Part shown: positions 13,701 to 24,634 of the stretch, one piece after another
How the letters are laid out: every line of letters begins with the position of its first letter
Position numbering within the stretch: the stretch's first letter is position 1
Notes under the pieces: generated by a model
Seen by the model: the letters and a program-made list of their open reading frames with translations, nothing else
Told to the model about the DNA's origin: nothing
Database searches by the model: none
NCBI GenBank assembly: GCA_030390025.1
Contig: JASTWF010000033.1
Location: 312,001 to 376,000 of the forward strand
Length of the DNA: 64,000 nt
Reading direction: 5' to 3'
DNA from: Squalus acanthias
Lineage: Eukaryota
Position numbers and translations under genes: made by a program

Positions 13701-13826
13701 AGAGAAGGCGGGGACGGGATACTGAATTGAAGGATCAGCCATGATCTCATTAAATGGCGGAGCAGGCTCGAAGGGCCGGATGGCCTACTCCTGCTCCTAT
13801 CTTCTATGTATCTATGTATCTATGTA
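10751..13826 (+). mobile_element. CR1 LINE, 5'-truncated: last ORF1 codons, complete ORF2, 3' UTR and (TCTATGTA)n tail
   Basis: TTTAAACTAG ORF1-end motif near 10775, uninterrupted ORF2, 3' UTR GGCCGGATGGCCTACTCCTGCTCCTA, 8-bp tail repeats at ~13803-13826. Confidence 0.97.
10921..13725 (+). CDS. CR1 ORF2: APE endonuclease plus reverse transcriptase. The frame is open from 10759; the true start is uncertain
   Basis: YLNARS, GITETW, GDFN and SDH (APE); [23 protein letters not shown] and KFADD (RT); no stops or frameshifts. Confidence 0.95.
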   Translation, partial: RVLYLNARSIRNKVDELAVEIEVNNYDLIGITETWLQGEQGWELNIQGYSVFRKDRQKRKGGGVALLVKEGINAIERKDINSVNTESIWVELRNSEGRKTLIGVVYRPPNSKIEVGEGITREIREACNKSTAVIIGDFNLHIDWTSLISKNNEEEEFLECLRDGYLDQYVEEPTREQAILDWVLCNEKGLISNLVVRGPLGQSDHNMIDFSLEMESEEIDSETQVLNLNKGNYDAIRRELSRSDWTTFLGGLEVDKQWQAFKDRMTKLQKLFIPIWHKRKSKKVTQPWITGEIRDSIKSKDRAYKIAKKRARAEDWEQFKIEQRRAKGLIKKGKIAYESKLAENIKTNSKSFYKYIKRKRLVKTKVGPLQSDTGEYIMGNKEMADQLNAYFGSVFTKEDTKNLPGISGKIGTLAKEELTQINISKDMVLRKLKGLKADKSPGPDNMHPRVLKEVALEIADALSMIFQNSLDSGTVPMDWRVANVTPLFKKGGREKAGHYRPVSLTSVVGKMLESIIKDEIAEHLANGDRIGQSQHGFTKGKSCLTNLLEFFEGVTGKIDGGEPVDVVYLDFQKAFDKVPHKRLAWKIEAHGIKGKVLTWIENWLSDRKQRVGINGSFSEWQAVTSGVPQGSVLGPQLFTIYINDLDQGVECSISKFADDTKLGGGVGSEEETRKLQSDLDRLGDWADKWQMHYNVDKCEVIHLGCRNGRANYYLNGNKLGEGEVQRDLGVLVHQSLKASMQVQQAVKKANGMLAFIAKGLEYRNRDTLLQLYRALVRPHLEYCVQFWSPHLRKDVLAMEGVQRRFTRLIPGMAGLTYEERLCSLGMYTLEFRRLRGDLIEVYKILTGLDRLDAEGMFPLAGENRTRGHNLRIRAKPFRTEMRGNFFTQRVVNLWNSLPQRAVYASSLNIFKRELDIFLQAKGVKGYGEKAGTGY

Positions 13827-14375
13827 TATCTATGGGGAGGAAGCGGGGCAGTGGGATCAGTTTGGTATTGATACAGGGCTATGGGAGGGAGCGGTGCAGT
13901 GAAATCAGTTTGTGATTGAAACAGGGCTATGGGAGGGAGCGGGACAGTGGGATCAGTTTGGGATTGATACAGGGCTATGGGGCGTGAGTGAGGCAGTGGG
14001 ATCAGTTTGTGATTTACACATGTCTATGGGGATGGAGCGGGGCAGTGAGATTATTTTGGGATTGATACATAGCGATGGGGAGTAGCGGGCCAGTGGGATC
14101 AGTTTGTGATTGATACAGGGCTATAGGGCGGGAGCGGGGCAGTGCGATTATTTTGGGATTGATACAGGGCTAAGGTGATGGAGCGGGGCAATGAGATACA
14201 TTTGGGATTCAAACAGTACTATGGGGAGGAGGTGGGGCAGTGAGATTAACTTGGCATTCATACTGTGCTCTGGGAGAGAGCGTGGCAGTCAGATTATCTT
14301 CGGATTCTAAGGGAGAGAGTTTGGCAGTGGGATTATTTTAGGATTGGTACAGGACTATGGGCAGGGAGCGGGGCA
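13827..14375 (+). repeat. 49-bp satellite resuming after the CR1
   Basis: Same unit motifs as 263-8052. Confidence 0.92.
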
Positions 14376-14779
14376 AACTGTTTCAAAATATAATCTATAA
14401 ACGTTTTTCACTGTTGTAAGTAGCAGAAATAATATTTCTGTGCACCGTTGAGTTTCGGTACATGTCGGCGGTAATTAATGGTTTATCAATCAGCTTCCTG
14501 TTTTGCTGAACAGTGAGTAACCAAAGAAACCGTTCACCAGCGCTATCAGCAGCAGTCAGCTTTCCTGAGCAGTGTAGGGGGCTTCATCAAGAACTCTCAG
14601 TACCAACAAGGAAACGATTCATCATTCTCTGCAAATCCCTGACATTTAACGGCCACAATGTGCACGATAACAGTGGGTCAGAAAACGTTTCATAAAATCG
14701 GTCCTGAGAAATGCGGACGATGTGAATTTAACGACATATTATTACAAAATATGTGCAATTTATCTGTCCCTATAGAGCC

Positions 14780-15150
14780 CCGCTATCCCCAATATATTCC
14801 AATGCTGCACCTCGCACAATCTGGCTTTTCCTTTCCTGAATCATTGCTCCCTTGTCTAGTTCACCGTCTTTACTCAGTGTGGTGTGTGCTCTACACTGGG
14901 GTGACCAGAGACACAGCAGGTCACCGATTTGCCCTACACATTCCTTCTGTCCGGAAATGTCACACTGACTGCTCTGTGTTTCAACACATTAACCGCCCCA
15001 CAGCCTTATACCATATATTAGTGGAGGCACAAAGACAGACCTGTCCAAGACTGGAGTTCAATCATAACATTCAATGTAAACCACACAGCACGAGATCCAA
15101 ACACCGCCTGAACCTTGAAGTGAATTTCACCCTTTGTGATTTAACAATCT
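14780..15150 (+). mobile_element. Highly degenerate Penelope-like GIY-YIG fragment
   Basis: VWCVLYTGVTRDTAGHRFALHIPSVRK resembles CGLLYIGETKRRLVDHFAEYLRSVRK of the Penelope element at 42700-42790. Confidence 0.6.
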
Positions 15151-15807
15151 GGATGGTTCCTTCCCATTAGAACGGCTACTTGCCTTTCCCATTCTCTGAA
15201 TCAGTGCCACATCATTTATATTTATTATTATTATGTTTACGATTCTTGGTGAACACCAGCCCCGGCCACAACACGGAAACGCCCGCAGCGAGCCGGGAAC
15301 GGTAGCCCCGCGAGCAATGCGATAAGATTTTATACTTTACAAAGTAACATTTCACAATTCTCTGCGGTAAGGTTGTGATCATTTATTCAGCGCACCAACA
15401 TGTATTAAAGTTGTTTTTTTTTTACCTTGTTCCTTGTTGTCCGGGACTGTAGTTGCGGATCATTCACGGCTGCCCCGCCTGTGCTGACTGGATCGAATGA
15501 CGGTGGAACCGCTCCAATGGGCCTTGGAGCCTTTGGGTTTTGAGGATAAGCAAGTCTTTGCTGCCTCCTGCCGCCGCTACCCTGTGATTGTAGTTGGTAA
15601 ACAGATTACAGCGCATCTGGCGGATGGAAATGTTGTTCAGCTTCACCTTCTTCATTCAGGCATGAATAATAGGCAATTGGTGAGACCCCGGAATCTGTCG
15701 GCGCTTGTGGAATCGCCGCCCAGCGGGGCAAGATACCGTCAGCGGAAGAAGGTAGAACGTCAAGGCGGCATTTGATGGGAACAAGCGGCATTCCACAGTA
15801 TTACAAG

Positions 15808-17360
15808 CGATTTACAGCACAAAAACAGGCCATTCGGGCCAACAGGTCTATTCCAGTGTTTGTGTTCCACAGTTAGCTCCTCCCACCTTATTTCACCTCA
15901 ACATATCAACATATCCTTCTATTTATTTCTCCTTCATGTACTTATCTCGCATCATCTTAAATATATCTATGCTATTCGCCTCAACTACTCCGTGTAGCGA
16001 GTTCCACATTCTCAAACTTTTTTTACGCAGTGAGTGATGAGGATCTGGAACTCGTTGCCGATGGAAGTGGTGGAAGCGGAAACACTCAATGTTTTGAAGG
16101 GGAGACTGGATAGACACTTGAGGGAAATAAACTTGCAGGGCTACGGGGATAGAGCGGGGGAATGGGACAGACTGGATTGCTCCACAGGGAGCTGGCGCTG
16201 ACTCGATGGGCCGAATGTCCTCCTACTGTGCCGTTATGACTCTCGGGGGTAGAAATTAGGTCGCGCCCCATATGGGGCGCAAATATCGTCCGGACGCAAA
16301 TATTAGCGCCTGGCGCTAATTATCGGCACTGACGGGAAACTTCACTTTTACCGCCCCGGGAGGTGAGTGGAGCGCTAAAGCAGGCGCTGCACACCTCTCT
16401 TAAGGCGCAAAGGCCGAGCAGTGAGGCGCTAACTCGGAGGGCTGGCGAAGCTCATGTAATGTCAGTCAGCAATGGAACACACACACAATGGCACGGGCCA
16501 GTTCTTAAAGGGGATGGTTAATCTTGCTTTCCATCCACATCCTGTTCATTGCTGCCTTGAATCTCGGCCTGGAGAGACTTGCACATCAAATGTGCTGGAA
16601 AGAACAATGGAGAGTACCAGGCAAAGAGCTCAGAGTGCAGCTCCCACGGTCTCTGCTAAATCGATACAAGGAATGGCAAATCAAAATGAACCTGCAAAGT
16701 GCTGCTCAGTACCCAAAACTCCTTCACACAACGTTGAATCTCTCGAGAAGTCTCTCCCTCTCTCTCTCAGAATGCGTAGTTCAAAAATGCCACCAACAAT
16801 AAAAGACAGGAAGAGGCCCCCTTTAAATAGCGCCCCCCCCCAGCCCCACAGCGATTGATAGCGTTCCAGTCTTCTGGTCGTTGGAAGCGCCAGGCGGTAA
16901 GGCAGAGGGCGCCACTCAATTTCCGCTACGGGGCGCCCCAAGGGCGTTGCACCATGGAATGACGTCACAATCTGCGCGCGCAGGTGGTCGCAGCGGTAAG
17001 TTTTAGTGCCGCCGCACAATCTCAAGTTAAGTTCTCGAGCGGCGCAAACATCGCTGCGCCCGGGCGTTAGCGGCTTTGCGCCCCATTAGCGCCCTCTTAA
17101 GGCGCTAACGGGTGGCGAAACCAAGTGCATTTTTACCCATCTGACTCTGTGACTCTCTGGGTAACGAAGTTTCCTCTGAATTCACTGTGGGATTTATTAG
17201 TGACTATCTAATATTTATGGCGTGTAGTTTTGGACTCACCAGAAGTGGAAACATCTTCTCTACATCTACCCACTCGAACCCTTCATAGTTTTAAAGACCA
17301 CTATCAGGTCACCTCACTGTCTCCTCTGTTCTAGCGCACGGTGTCCCAGCCTGTCCAGAA
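15808..17360 (-). mobile_element. CR1 3' fragment interrupted by a + strand CR1-type 3' end (16027-16244) and a MITE
   Basis: WNSL..VVEANSIDIFK motif on the minus strand; resumes at ~17155; uninterrupted in the paralog at 61780-62190. Confidence 0.75.
16246..17139. mobile_element. GC-rich non-autonomous DNA transposon (MITE, PIF/Harbinger-like termini)
   Basis: Terminal inverted repeats GGGTAGAAAT ... ATTTTTACCC; subterminal GCGCC/GGCGC palindromes; absent from the paralogous copy B. Confidence 0.7.
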
Positions 17361-17719
17361 TTGATGTAAGATGGCGATCCACAAATGCATCAACAGATGC
17401 CTTCAGTGACAGTAGAATATAAAAGGAAGGGAAATAAAATATGTTATTCAATGCTTTCCAGTGAATTCAATATTACCACATTTAGGGCATAATGTAAAGA
17501 TGAATGGTATGAAGCAGGGACCTGACTCTAATGATAGGAAAGTAAGAGGTTTAGGTCTAAGTAGGCTTTATAACCGGAGTAATATCTGTTGCTTTAGAGA
17601 CAGTATTCTGTTTGCCCGCAGCCAGTGAATAAATGACTGGATAATATTTTGTATGGCATTAGTCGAGGGAGAATGTTGGCTGTGACACAGTTTGCAGTTC
17701 TTGTCTCCTTTCATTGGAG

Positions 17720-20700
17720 AAGTAGGATAGGATCTCAATACAGCGATAGAACCTCAAAAGAAAGGTATAAACTCCAAAGAGCGATCGGAGCTCAATATAG
17801 TGATAGGATCTCAATGCAGCGACAGGAACGCAACAGATTGATAGGATCTCAATAGAGCGACAGGAACGCAATAGAGTGATAGTATCTCAATAGAGTGTAG
17901 GGAACGCAAAAGGGGGATCGGAGCTCCATAAAGTGCAAGGATTTCAACACAGTGATAGGATTTCAATAGAGAGATAAGATTTAAATAGAGTGATAAGATT
18001 TCAATAGCGTGAAAAGATCACAATCGTAAAACCGGATCTCATTAGTGCAATAGGATCTCAACAGAGCAATACTACCCCAATGGAGTAATAAAACGTCAGT
18101 AGAGGGGCAGGACCTCAATGAGTGAGATAATATCAATACAGCGATAGAATCTTAGTAGAACAATAGCACCACGATAGTGAGATAAGATCTGAATACAGCA
18201 ATCGGATCATATTACTGCAATAGGATCTTAACAGAGCAACACTATCCCAAAGAAATATATTATGTTAATAGGGCCAGAGGATCTCAATAGAGAGATAGGA
18301 TCTCAATAGAGGGAATGGATTTCAATAGAGTGATACGATCTCAATAGAGTGATAGTATCTCAATAGAGAGATAGAATCTCAATAGAGAGATAGGATCTCA
18401 ATAGAGGGATAGGATCTCAATAGAGGGATAATATCTCAAGAGAGAGATAGGATCTCAATAGAGGGATAGGATCTCAATAGAGGGATAGGATATCAATAGA
18501 GGGATAGGATCTCAATAGAGGGAATTGATTTCAATAGAGCGATAGGATCTCAATAGAGTGATAGGATCTCAATAGAGGGATAGGATCTCATAGAGTGATA
18601 GGATATCAATAGAGGGATAGGATCTCAATAGAGAGATAGGATATCAATAGAGGAATAGGATCTCAATTGTGGGATAGGATCTCAATAGCGTGATAGGATC
18701 TCAATAGACGGATAGGATCTCAATAGAGTGATAGAATCTCAATAGAGAGATAGGATCTCAATAGAGGAATAGGATCTCAATAGAGGGATTATATCTCAAG
18801 AGAGAGATAGGATCTCAATAGAGGGATAGGATCTCAATAGAGAGATAGGATATCAATAGAGGAATAGGATCTCAATTGTGGGATAGGATCTCAATAGAGT
18901 GATAGGATCTCAATAGAGGGATAGGATCTCATAGAGTGATAGGATATCAATAGAGGGATAGGATCTCAATAGAGAGATAGGATATCAATAGAGGAATAGG
19001 ATCTCAATTGTGGGATAGGATCTCAATAGCGTGATAGGATCTCAATAGACGAATAGGATCTCAATAGAGGGCTAGGATCTCAATAGAGGGATAGGATCTC
19101 AATAGAGGGATAGGATCTCAATAGAGGGATAGGTCTCAATAGAGCGATAGGATCTCAATAGAGAGATAGGAACTCAACAGAGGGATAGGATCTCAATAGA
19201 GGGATAGGATATCAATAGAGGGATAGTATCTCAATAGAGCGATAGGAACTGAATAGAGAGATATGGCTCAATAAAGCGATACGATCTCAATTGTGGGATA
19301 GGATCTCAATAGAGTGAAATGATCTCAATAGAGGGATCGGATCTCAATAGAGAGATAGGATCTCATTAGAGCGATAGGATTTCAATTGAGGGATAGGATC
19401 TCAATAGAGTGATAGGATCTCAATAGAGGGATAGGATCTCAAGAGAGAGATAGGATTTCAATAGAGTGATATCATCTCAATAGAGTGATAGGATCTAAAT
19501 AGAGTGATTGTGTCTCAATAGAGAGATAGGATCTCAATAGAATGATAGGATCTCAATAGAGTGATAGGATCTCAATAGAGAGATAGGATCTCAATAGAGT
19601 GATCGGACTTCAATAGAGTGAGATAATCTCAATAGAGCGATACAATCTCAGTAGAGCAATAGGACCACGATAGTGTGATAAGATCTGAATACAGCAATCG
19701 GATCTCATTACTGCAATAGGATCTTAACAGAGCAACGCTATCCCAATAGAGATATATTATGTTAATAGGGCCACAGGTTCTCAATAGAGAGATAGGATCT
19801 CAAAAGAGGGAATGGATTTCAATAGAGTGATAGGATCTCAAAAGAATGATAGAATCTCAATAGAGAGATAGGAACTCAATAGAGAGATAGGATCTCAATA
19901 GAGAGATAATATTTCAATAGAGTGATAGGATATCAATAGAGAGATAGGATCTCAGTAGAGGGATAGGATATCAACACAGGGATAGGATCTCAATAGAGGG
20001 ATGGGATCTCAATAGAGAGATAGGATCTCAATAGAGAGATAGTATTTCAATAGAGTGATAGGATATCAATAGAGAGATAGGATCTCAGTAGAGGGATAGG
20101 ATATCAACACAGTGATAGGATCTCAATAGAGGGATGGGATCTCAATAGAGAGATAGGATCTCAATAGAGAGATAGGATCTCAATATTGAGATAGGAACAC
20201 AATAGAGAGTTAGGATCTCAATAGAGTGATAGGATTTCAATAGAGTGATATGGTCTCAATAAAAAGATAGGATATCAATAGAGGGATACGATCTCAATAG
20301 AGTGATAGGATCTCAATAGAATGATAGCATTTCAATAGAGTCGTAGGACCTCAATAGAGTGGTAGGATATGAATAGAGGGATAGGATCTCAATAGAGTGA
20401 TAGGATCTCAGTAGAGTGATAGGATCTCAATAGAGAAATAGGATTTCAATAGAGTCGTAGGATCTCAATAGAGTGGTAGGATATTAATAGAGGGATAGGA
20501 TCTCAATAGAGTGATAGGATCTCAATAGAGTGATAGGATCTCAATAGAGTGATAGGATCCCTATAGAGGGATAGGATCTCAATAGAGTGATAGGATCTCA
20601 ATAGAGTGATAGGATCTCAATAGAGTGATAGGATCTCAATAGATAGATAGGATCTCAATAGAGAGATAGGATCTCAAGAGAGAGATAGGATTTCAATAGA

Positions 20701-21350
20701 GTGTTAGGATCTCGATAGAGTGATAGGATCCCAATAGAGTGATAGGTTCACAGTATTATGATAGGATCTCAATAGAGTGATAGGATCTCAATAGAGAGAT
20801 AGGATTTCAGGAGAGAGATAGGATATGAATAGAGTGATAGGATCTCAATATTGTGATAGGATCTCAATAGAGTGATAGGATCTCAATAGAGAGATAGGAT
20901 CTCAATAGAATGAAAGGATCTCAATAGAGTGATAGGATCTCAATAGAGAGATAGGGTCTCAATAGAGTGATAGGATCTAAATAGAGAGATAGGATTTCAA
21001 TAGAGTGATAGGATCTCAATAGAGCGATAGTATCTCAATAGAACAATAGGATCTCAATAGAGTGATACGACCTCAATAGAGCGATAGGATCTCACTAGAG
21101 CGATAGGATCTCAATAGAGCGATAGGAACTCAATTGAGCGAAAGGATCTCAATGGAGAGATAGGATATCAATTGAGCGATAGAAAATCAATAGAGTGATT
21201 GGATCTCACTCGGCTGATTTAATCTCAATAGAATAGCGATCGGAGATCAATAGAGTGATATAATCACAATAGAATGATAGCATCTGCATAGAGCGACAGT
21301 ATCTAAATAGAATGATACAATGTCAATGGTGCTATGGGATCTCAAAGGAA
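17720..21350 (+). repeat. 19-bp satellite (AATAGAGTGATAGGATCTC)n
   Basis: Units start at 20581 and 20600; degenerate at both edges. Confidence 0.97.
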
Positions 21351-22282
21351 TGATGCGTTAATTACGGTCCTGCCCTGCCAATTAAGATGATCATATAATG
21401 ATACAAACGTACAAACGTACGTCGTCCAGTACTTCCCCGGAGAGGAGAAACTACGCCATGTTCTTCGCAGTCTTCAACATTTCATCGATGACGACGAACA
21501 CCTTGCTAAGGGCATCCCCACGCCTCTACTACTCACCTTCAAGCAGCCGCCTAACCTCAAAAGTAACATCATTCACAGCAAATTACCCAGCTGTCAAGAG
21601 AACAGCGACCACGACACCACACAACCCTGCCACGGCAACCTCTGCAAGACATGCCAGATCATCAACACAGATACCATCATCACACGTGAGGACACTACCC
21701 ACCAGGTACATGGTACATACTCATGTAACTCGGTCAACGTTGTCTACCTCATACGTTGCAGGAAAGGATGCACCGCAGCATGGTACATCGGCGAGACCAT
21801 GCAGACACTGAGACAATGTATGAACGGACACCGCGCAACAATCGCCAGGCAAGATTGTTACCTCCCAGCCGGGGAACACATCAGCAGTCAAGGACATTCA
21901 GCCTCGGATCGGCGGGTAAGCGTTCTCCAAGGCGGCCTTCGAGACACACGACAACGCAAAATCATCGAGCAGAAACTGATAGCCCAGTTCCGCACCCGGA
22001 CGGCCTCAAACGGGATCTGTGTTTCATGTCAAGCTACATGACGTAGAGTTATCCAGACTAGAGTCCAGACTAGAGTCGTCGTTGTCTTGTTCACAGATGT
22101 GATTTACAGTTTTAAATAAAAGTAAAAATCTTAACTGCAGACTGCATCATTTGACACGTTGGAACCCCTGTGACCCCACCTCATTGTCTTAGCTGTATTT
22201 TGCTGTGTCTTTGATGTAATGCCTTCCTGACTGATTTTATCTCTGCCGAGATGGTGTGATGGAGGGCAGTCAGAAACACATT

Positions 22283-23045
22283 GGCCCGAAAATTAGACCT
22301 AATACACGAGAGTACGCACTGTGTACTCTCGCGTATTAGGTCTCCAATTGCCGATTTCCTGCATGCACTGCGCATGCGCGGGAAACCGGCACTTCGTGAA
22401 TTCAAAAGGGGGCGGTTCCTAAGTGAACCGCGTGCGCGCTACAGGCTGTGCGCACGCAGTGCACTCAGTTATATTTTCAGCTTTGAACGCGCAGGTTAGT
22501 GGTGAAGATTTTACACATAAAGAAAGCAGGCGTAGGACCCCCTTTTAACAAGGTAATTAGTTAATTAAGTGTTATTTTAAATTTTTTCAACAGGTTTATC
22601 TTTTTTAGAGACATTAAAGAAAGGTAAGTTTATTTTTATAACTTTTAAAAAGAATTTAAATTTTTTCAAAAATTTAATTTTTTGTTTAAAGTGATTAATT
22701 TATTTAACTATACTTATTTTATTAATGTGATGGCATTTTTTAAACTTTAATTGAGGTTTAGCTGTTCTTTTGGGGGGGTGTAGTATTCATAGCTTTGACA
22801 GGTCTTCCTGTCAAAGCAATGAATGAAAGATGGTGTGCTGCCATTGGCTCTAACTGAATCACGTGATCCCAGAGCGCGCACGAACTCATTGCGTCTCTGG
22901 GTCACGCAAGCACTGCACGGTTCCAAGAGAGAGAGCCTTTCAAACTAATGTTCGTGTGGGCCTGGAGCAAAAAGGTAGGCGCGGAGTGTGAATACGCGGG
23001 GAATCCTTACCCCCGCGGGAACGCTCACTGTTTCATTTCTGGGCC
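22283..23045. mobile_element. MITE with GGCCC termini and a 3-bp TSD (Harbinger-like)
   Basis: att|GGCCCGAAAAT ... ATTTCTGGGCC|att; second family member starts at 63342. Confidence 0.8.
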
Positions 23046-23094
23046 ATTGTTCTCTGTCTATATCTGCTTTGTATCTGATTTGTATTCCCTCACT

Positions 23095-23131
23095 TTACCT
23101 GACGAAGGAGCAGCGCTCCGAAAGCTCGTAA
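23095..23131 (+). ncRNA. Minimal type I hammerhead ribozyme motif of the Penelope-like element
   Basis: TTAC-CTGACGA-A-GGAGC-AGC-GCTCC-GAAA-GCTC-GTAA: stem I TTAC/GTAA, stem II GGAGC/GCTCC, intact core. Confidence 0.7.
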
Positions 23132-23454
23132 TTTCAAATAAAACTGTTGGACTATAACCTGGTGTTGTGCGACTTCTCATTTTTGTCCACCCCAGTCCAA
23201 CACCGGCATCTCCGCATCATATAATGATACAGCACAGAAATGGGTCATTTGCTGTATCGTGCGTGGGCAAGCTCTTAGCAGGAGCTCCCAACTCGTTCCA
23301 CTCCCCGGCTCTTTCTCCATAGTGCCGCATTGTGTTTGTTTTAAAATATATATCTAATTTAATCCTTTAATCCCTGATGTCATTATGGTGAATCGGCGCT
23401 GTCACCACGTGGGTAGGGGGATTTACCGTTTGAGGCGAGGGCCAAATGTGTATT

Positions 23455-23955
23455 CAAAGCGATTAATTATTTGATAAACAGTAATTTTATCCAACTTCCT
23501 GGCCGAAATGTTAGCTGACATTGTAAACGATTCCCTCTCCTCAGGTACTGTCCCCTCCCCTTTAAATTTGTCATCAGTGCCCCCGTCCCATGTCCAACCT
23601 CCCTTTCCTTTACAAAGTCTCTGAAGGTGTTCTCGCCACCCAAATCCGTGCCCATCTTTCCCGCAAATTCAGTTTTAAATCCCTCCAATCAGGTTTCTGC
23701 CCCTGTCGCAGCACTGAAAGGGCCCGTATCCAAGTCACAAATGACATCCTATGTGACTGTGGCCGTTGTAAATTATAGCTCTACCTCCTCTCGAACTGTC
23801 TGCAGACTTTGACACAGTTGACCACAACATCCTCCTCGGACGCCTCTCCTTTGTCCAATTCAGTGGGAATGCCCTCGCCTGATCCCATTGTTAAGTACCC
23901 GTTGGTAGCTAGAGAATCTCCAGCAATCACTTATTTCTCGGCCGCGCACAATCAC
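23455..23955 (+). mobile_element. L2-like LINE RT fragment (partial duplicate at 28273-28586)
   Basis: SNLPFL.K..E, LQSGF....STE, VTNDIL and FDTVDHNILL motifs. Confidence 0.75.
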
Positions 23956-24476
23956 CCTTAGAACAGGAGAGTGTGAGGGGAGCAGACGGCATCGGTTAAG
24001 CAGAGACCATGGACACATTTTATGGGCTGACTGTATAGTTTTGCCAGACGGTAATTACAGGAGAATATACTGATCTCAATTGTGGCTTTTTGTAAATTAC
24101 ACTGGCCTAGGCATATCCGGGTTACTGAGGAGACTCCCCTTCTTTTCTCTTCCTCCGATCTGAGGAGGGCTGGTGGAAGTCCGTGTGTTTGCACCTCTGC
24201 TGAGGCAGGACTGGACACTATGGAATAGGCTGTTGATACTCACTGTTACTGCGAATCTACTGAGAATGGCCACTTGAGAGAGATACTCAAGGCGATCTTA
24301 CTGCAGTCAATGGAACTGAATATCAGGCACTGCGAATAACGGGCAGCCGATCCGATACCGCCAGATTTACAACATCGCCCGAGACGAATTTATAGCCCTC
24401 GGTTCGTTTTGTTACAGCTTCTTTGTATCTAATCTGTTTTCAACACAAACCCATTCATAACAACTATTGATTCTAG

Positions 24477-24634
24477 AAACCCCTCAAATAAGGGAAGATC
24501 AGGAAGACCACGAGGTAGACGATGAAATATTAGAAAACTTAGATGAGGATGCCGGCACTGCATCAACAGTGATCGCTCTCGTGATCCTGTTTATTCTTAG
24601 TCTCCTGTACAGCACATTTGTAACCGTCCTTAAG
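24477..24634 (+). CDS. IGH: Immunoglobulin heavy-chain transmembrane exon TM1, copy a (isotype not assigned)
   Basis: TTCTAG acceptor (phase 1) and AAG|GTAATG donor (phase 0); acidic spacer then TASTVIALVILFILSLLYSTFVTVLK, matching the CART motif LF.LS..YST.VT..K. Confidence 0.9.

Larger units (their letters stand above)
14345..17900 (+). repeat. Segmental duplication copy A (paralog of ~60280-62640)
   Basis: Colinear near-identity, e.g. 14513 aligns to 60448 (offset 45935); copy A has extra insertions at ~16027-17139. Confidence 0.93.
21406..23220 (+). mobile_element. 5'-truncated Penelope-like element (GIY-YIG endonuclease and 3' terminus) with nested insertions
   Basis: VVYLIRCRKGCTAAWYIGETMQTLRQCMNGHR; 3' end with hammerhead motif; flanking direct repeat ATCATATAATGATACA at 21390-21405 and 23216-23231. 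Confidence 0.88.

Noticed and set aside
17720..21350. 19-bp array as a CRISPR array or coding repeat
   Set aside because: No unique spacers, eukaryotic context, and frequent stops
23958..24218. 86-aa minus-strand ORF present in both tandem copies
   Set aside because: Conservation is explained by the recent duplication; no recognisable motif
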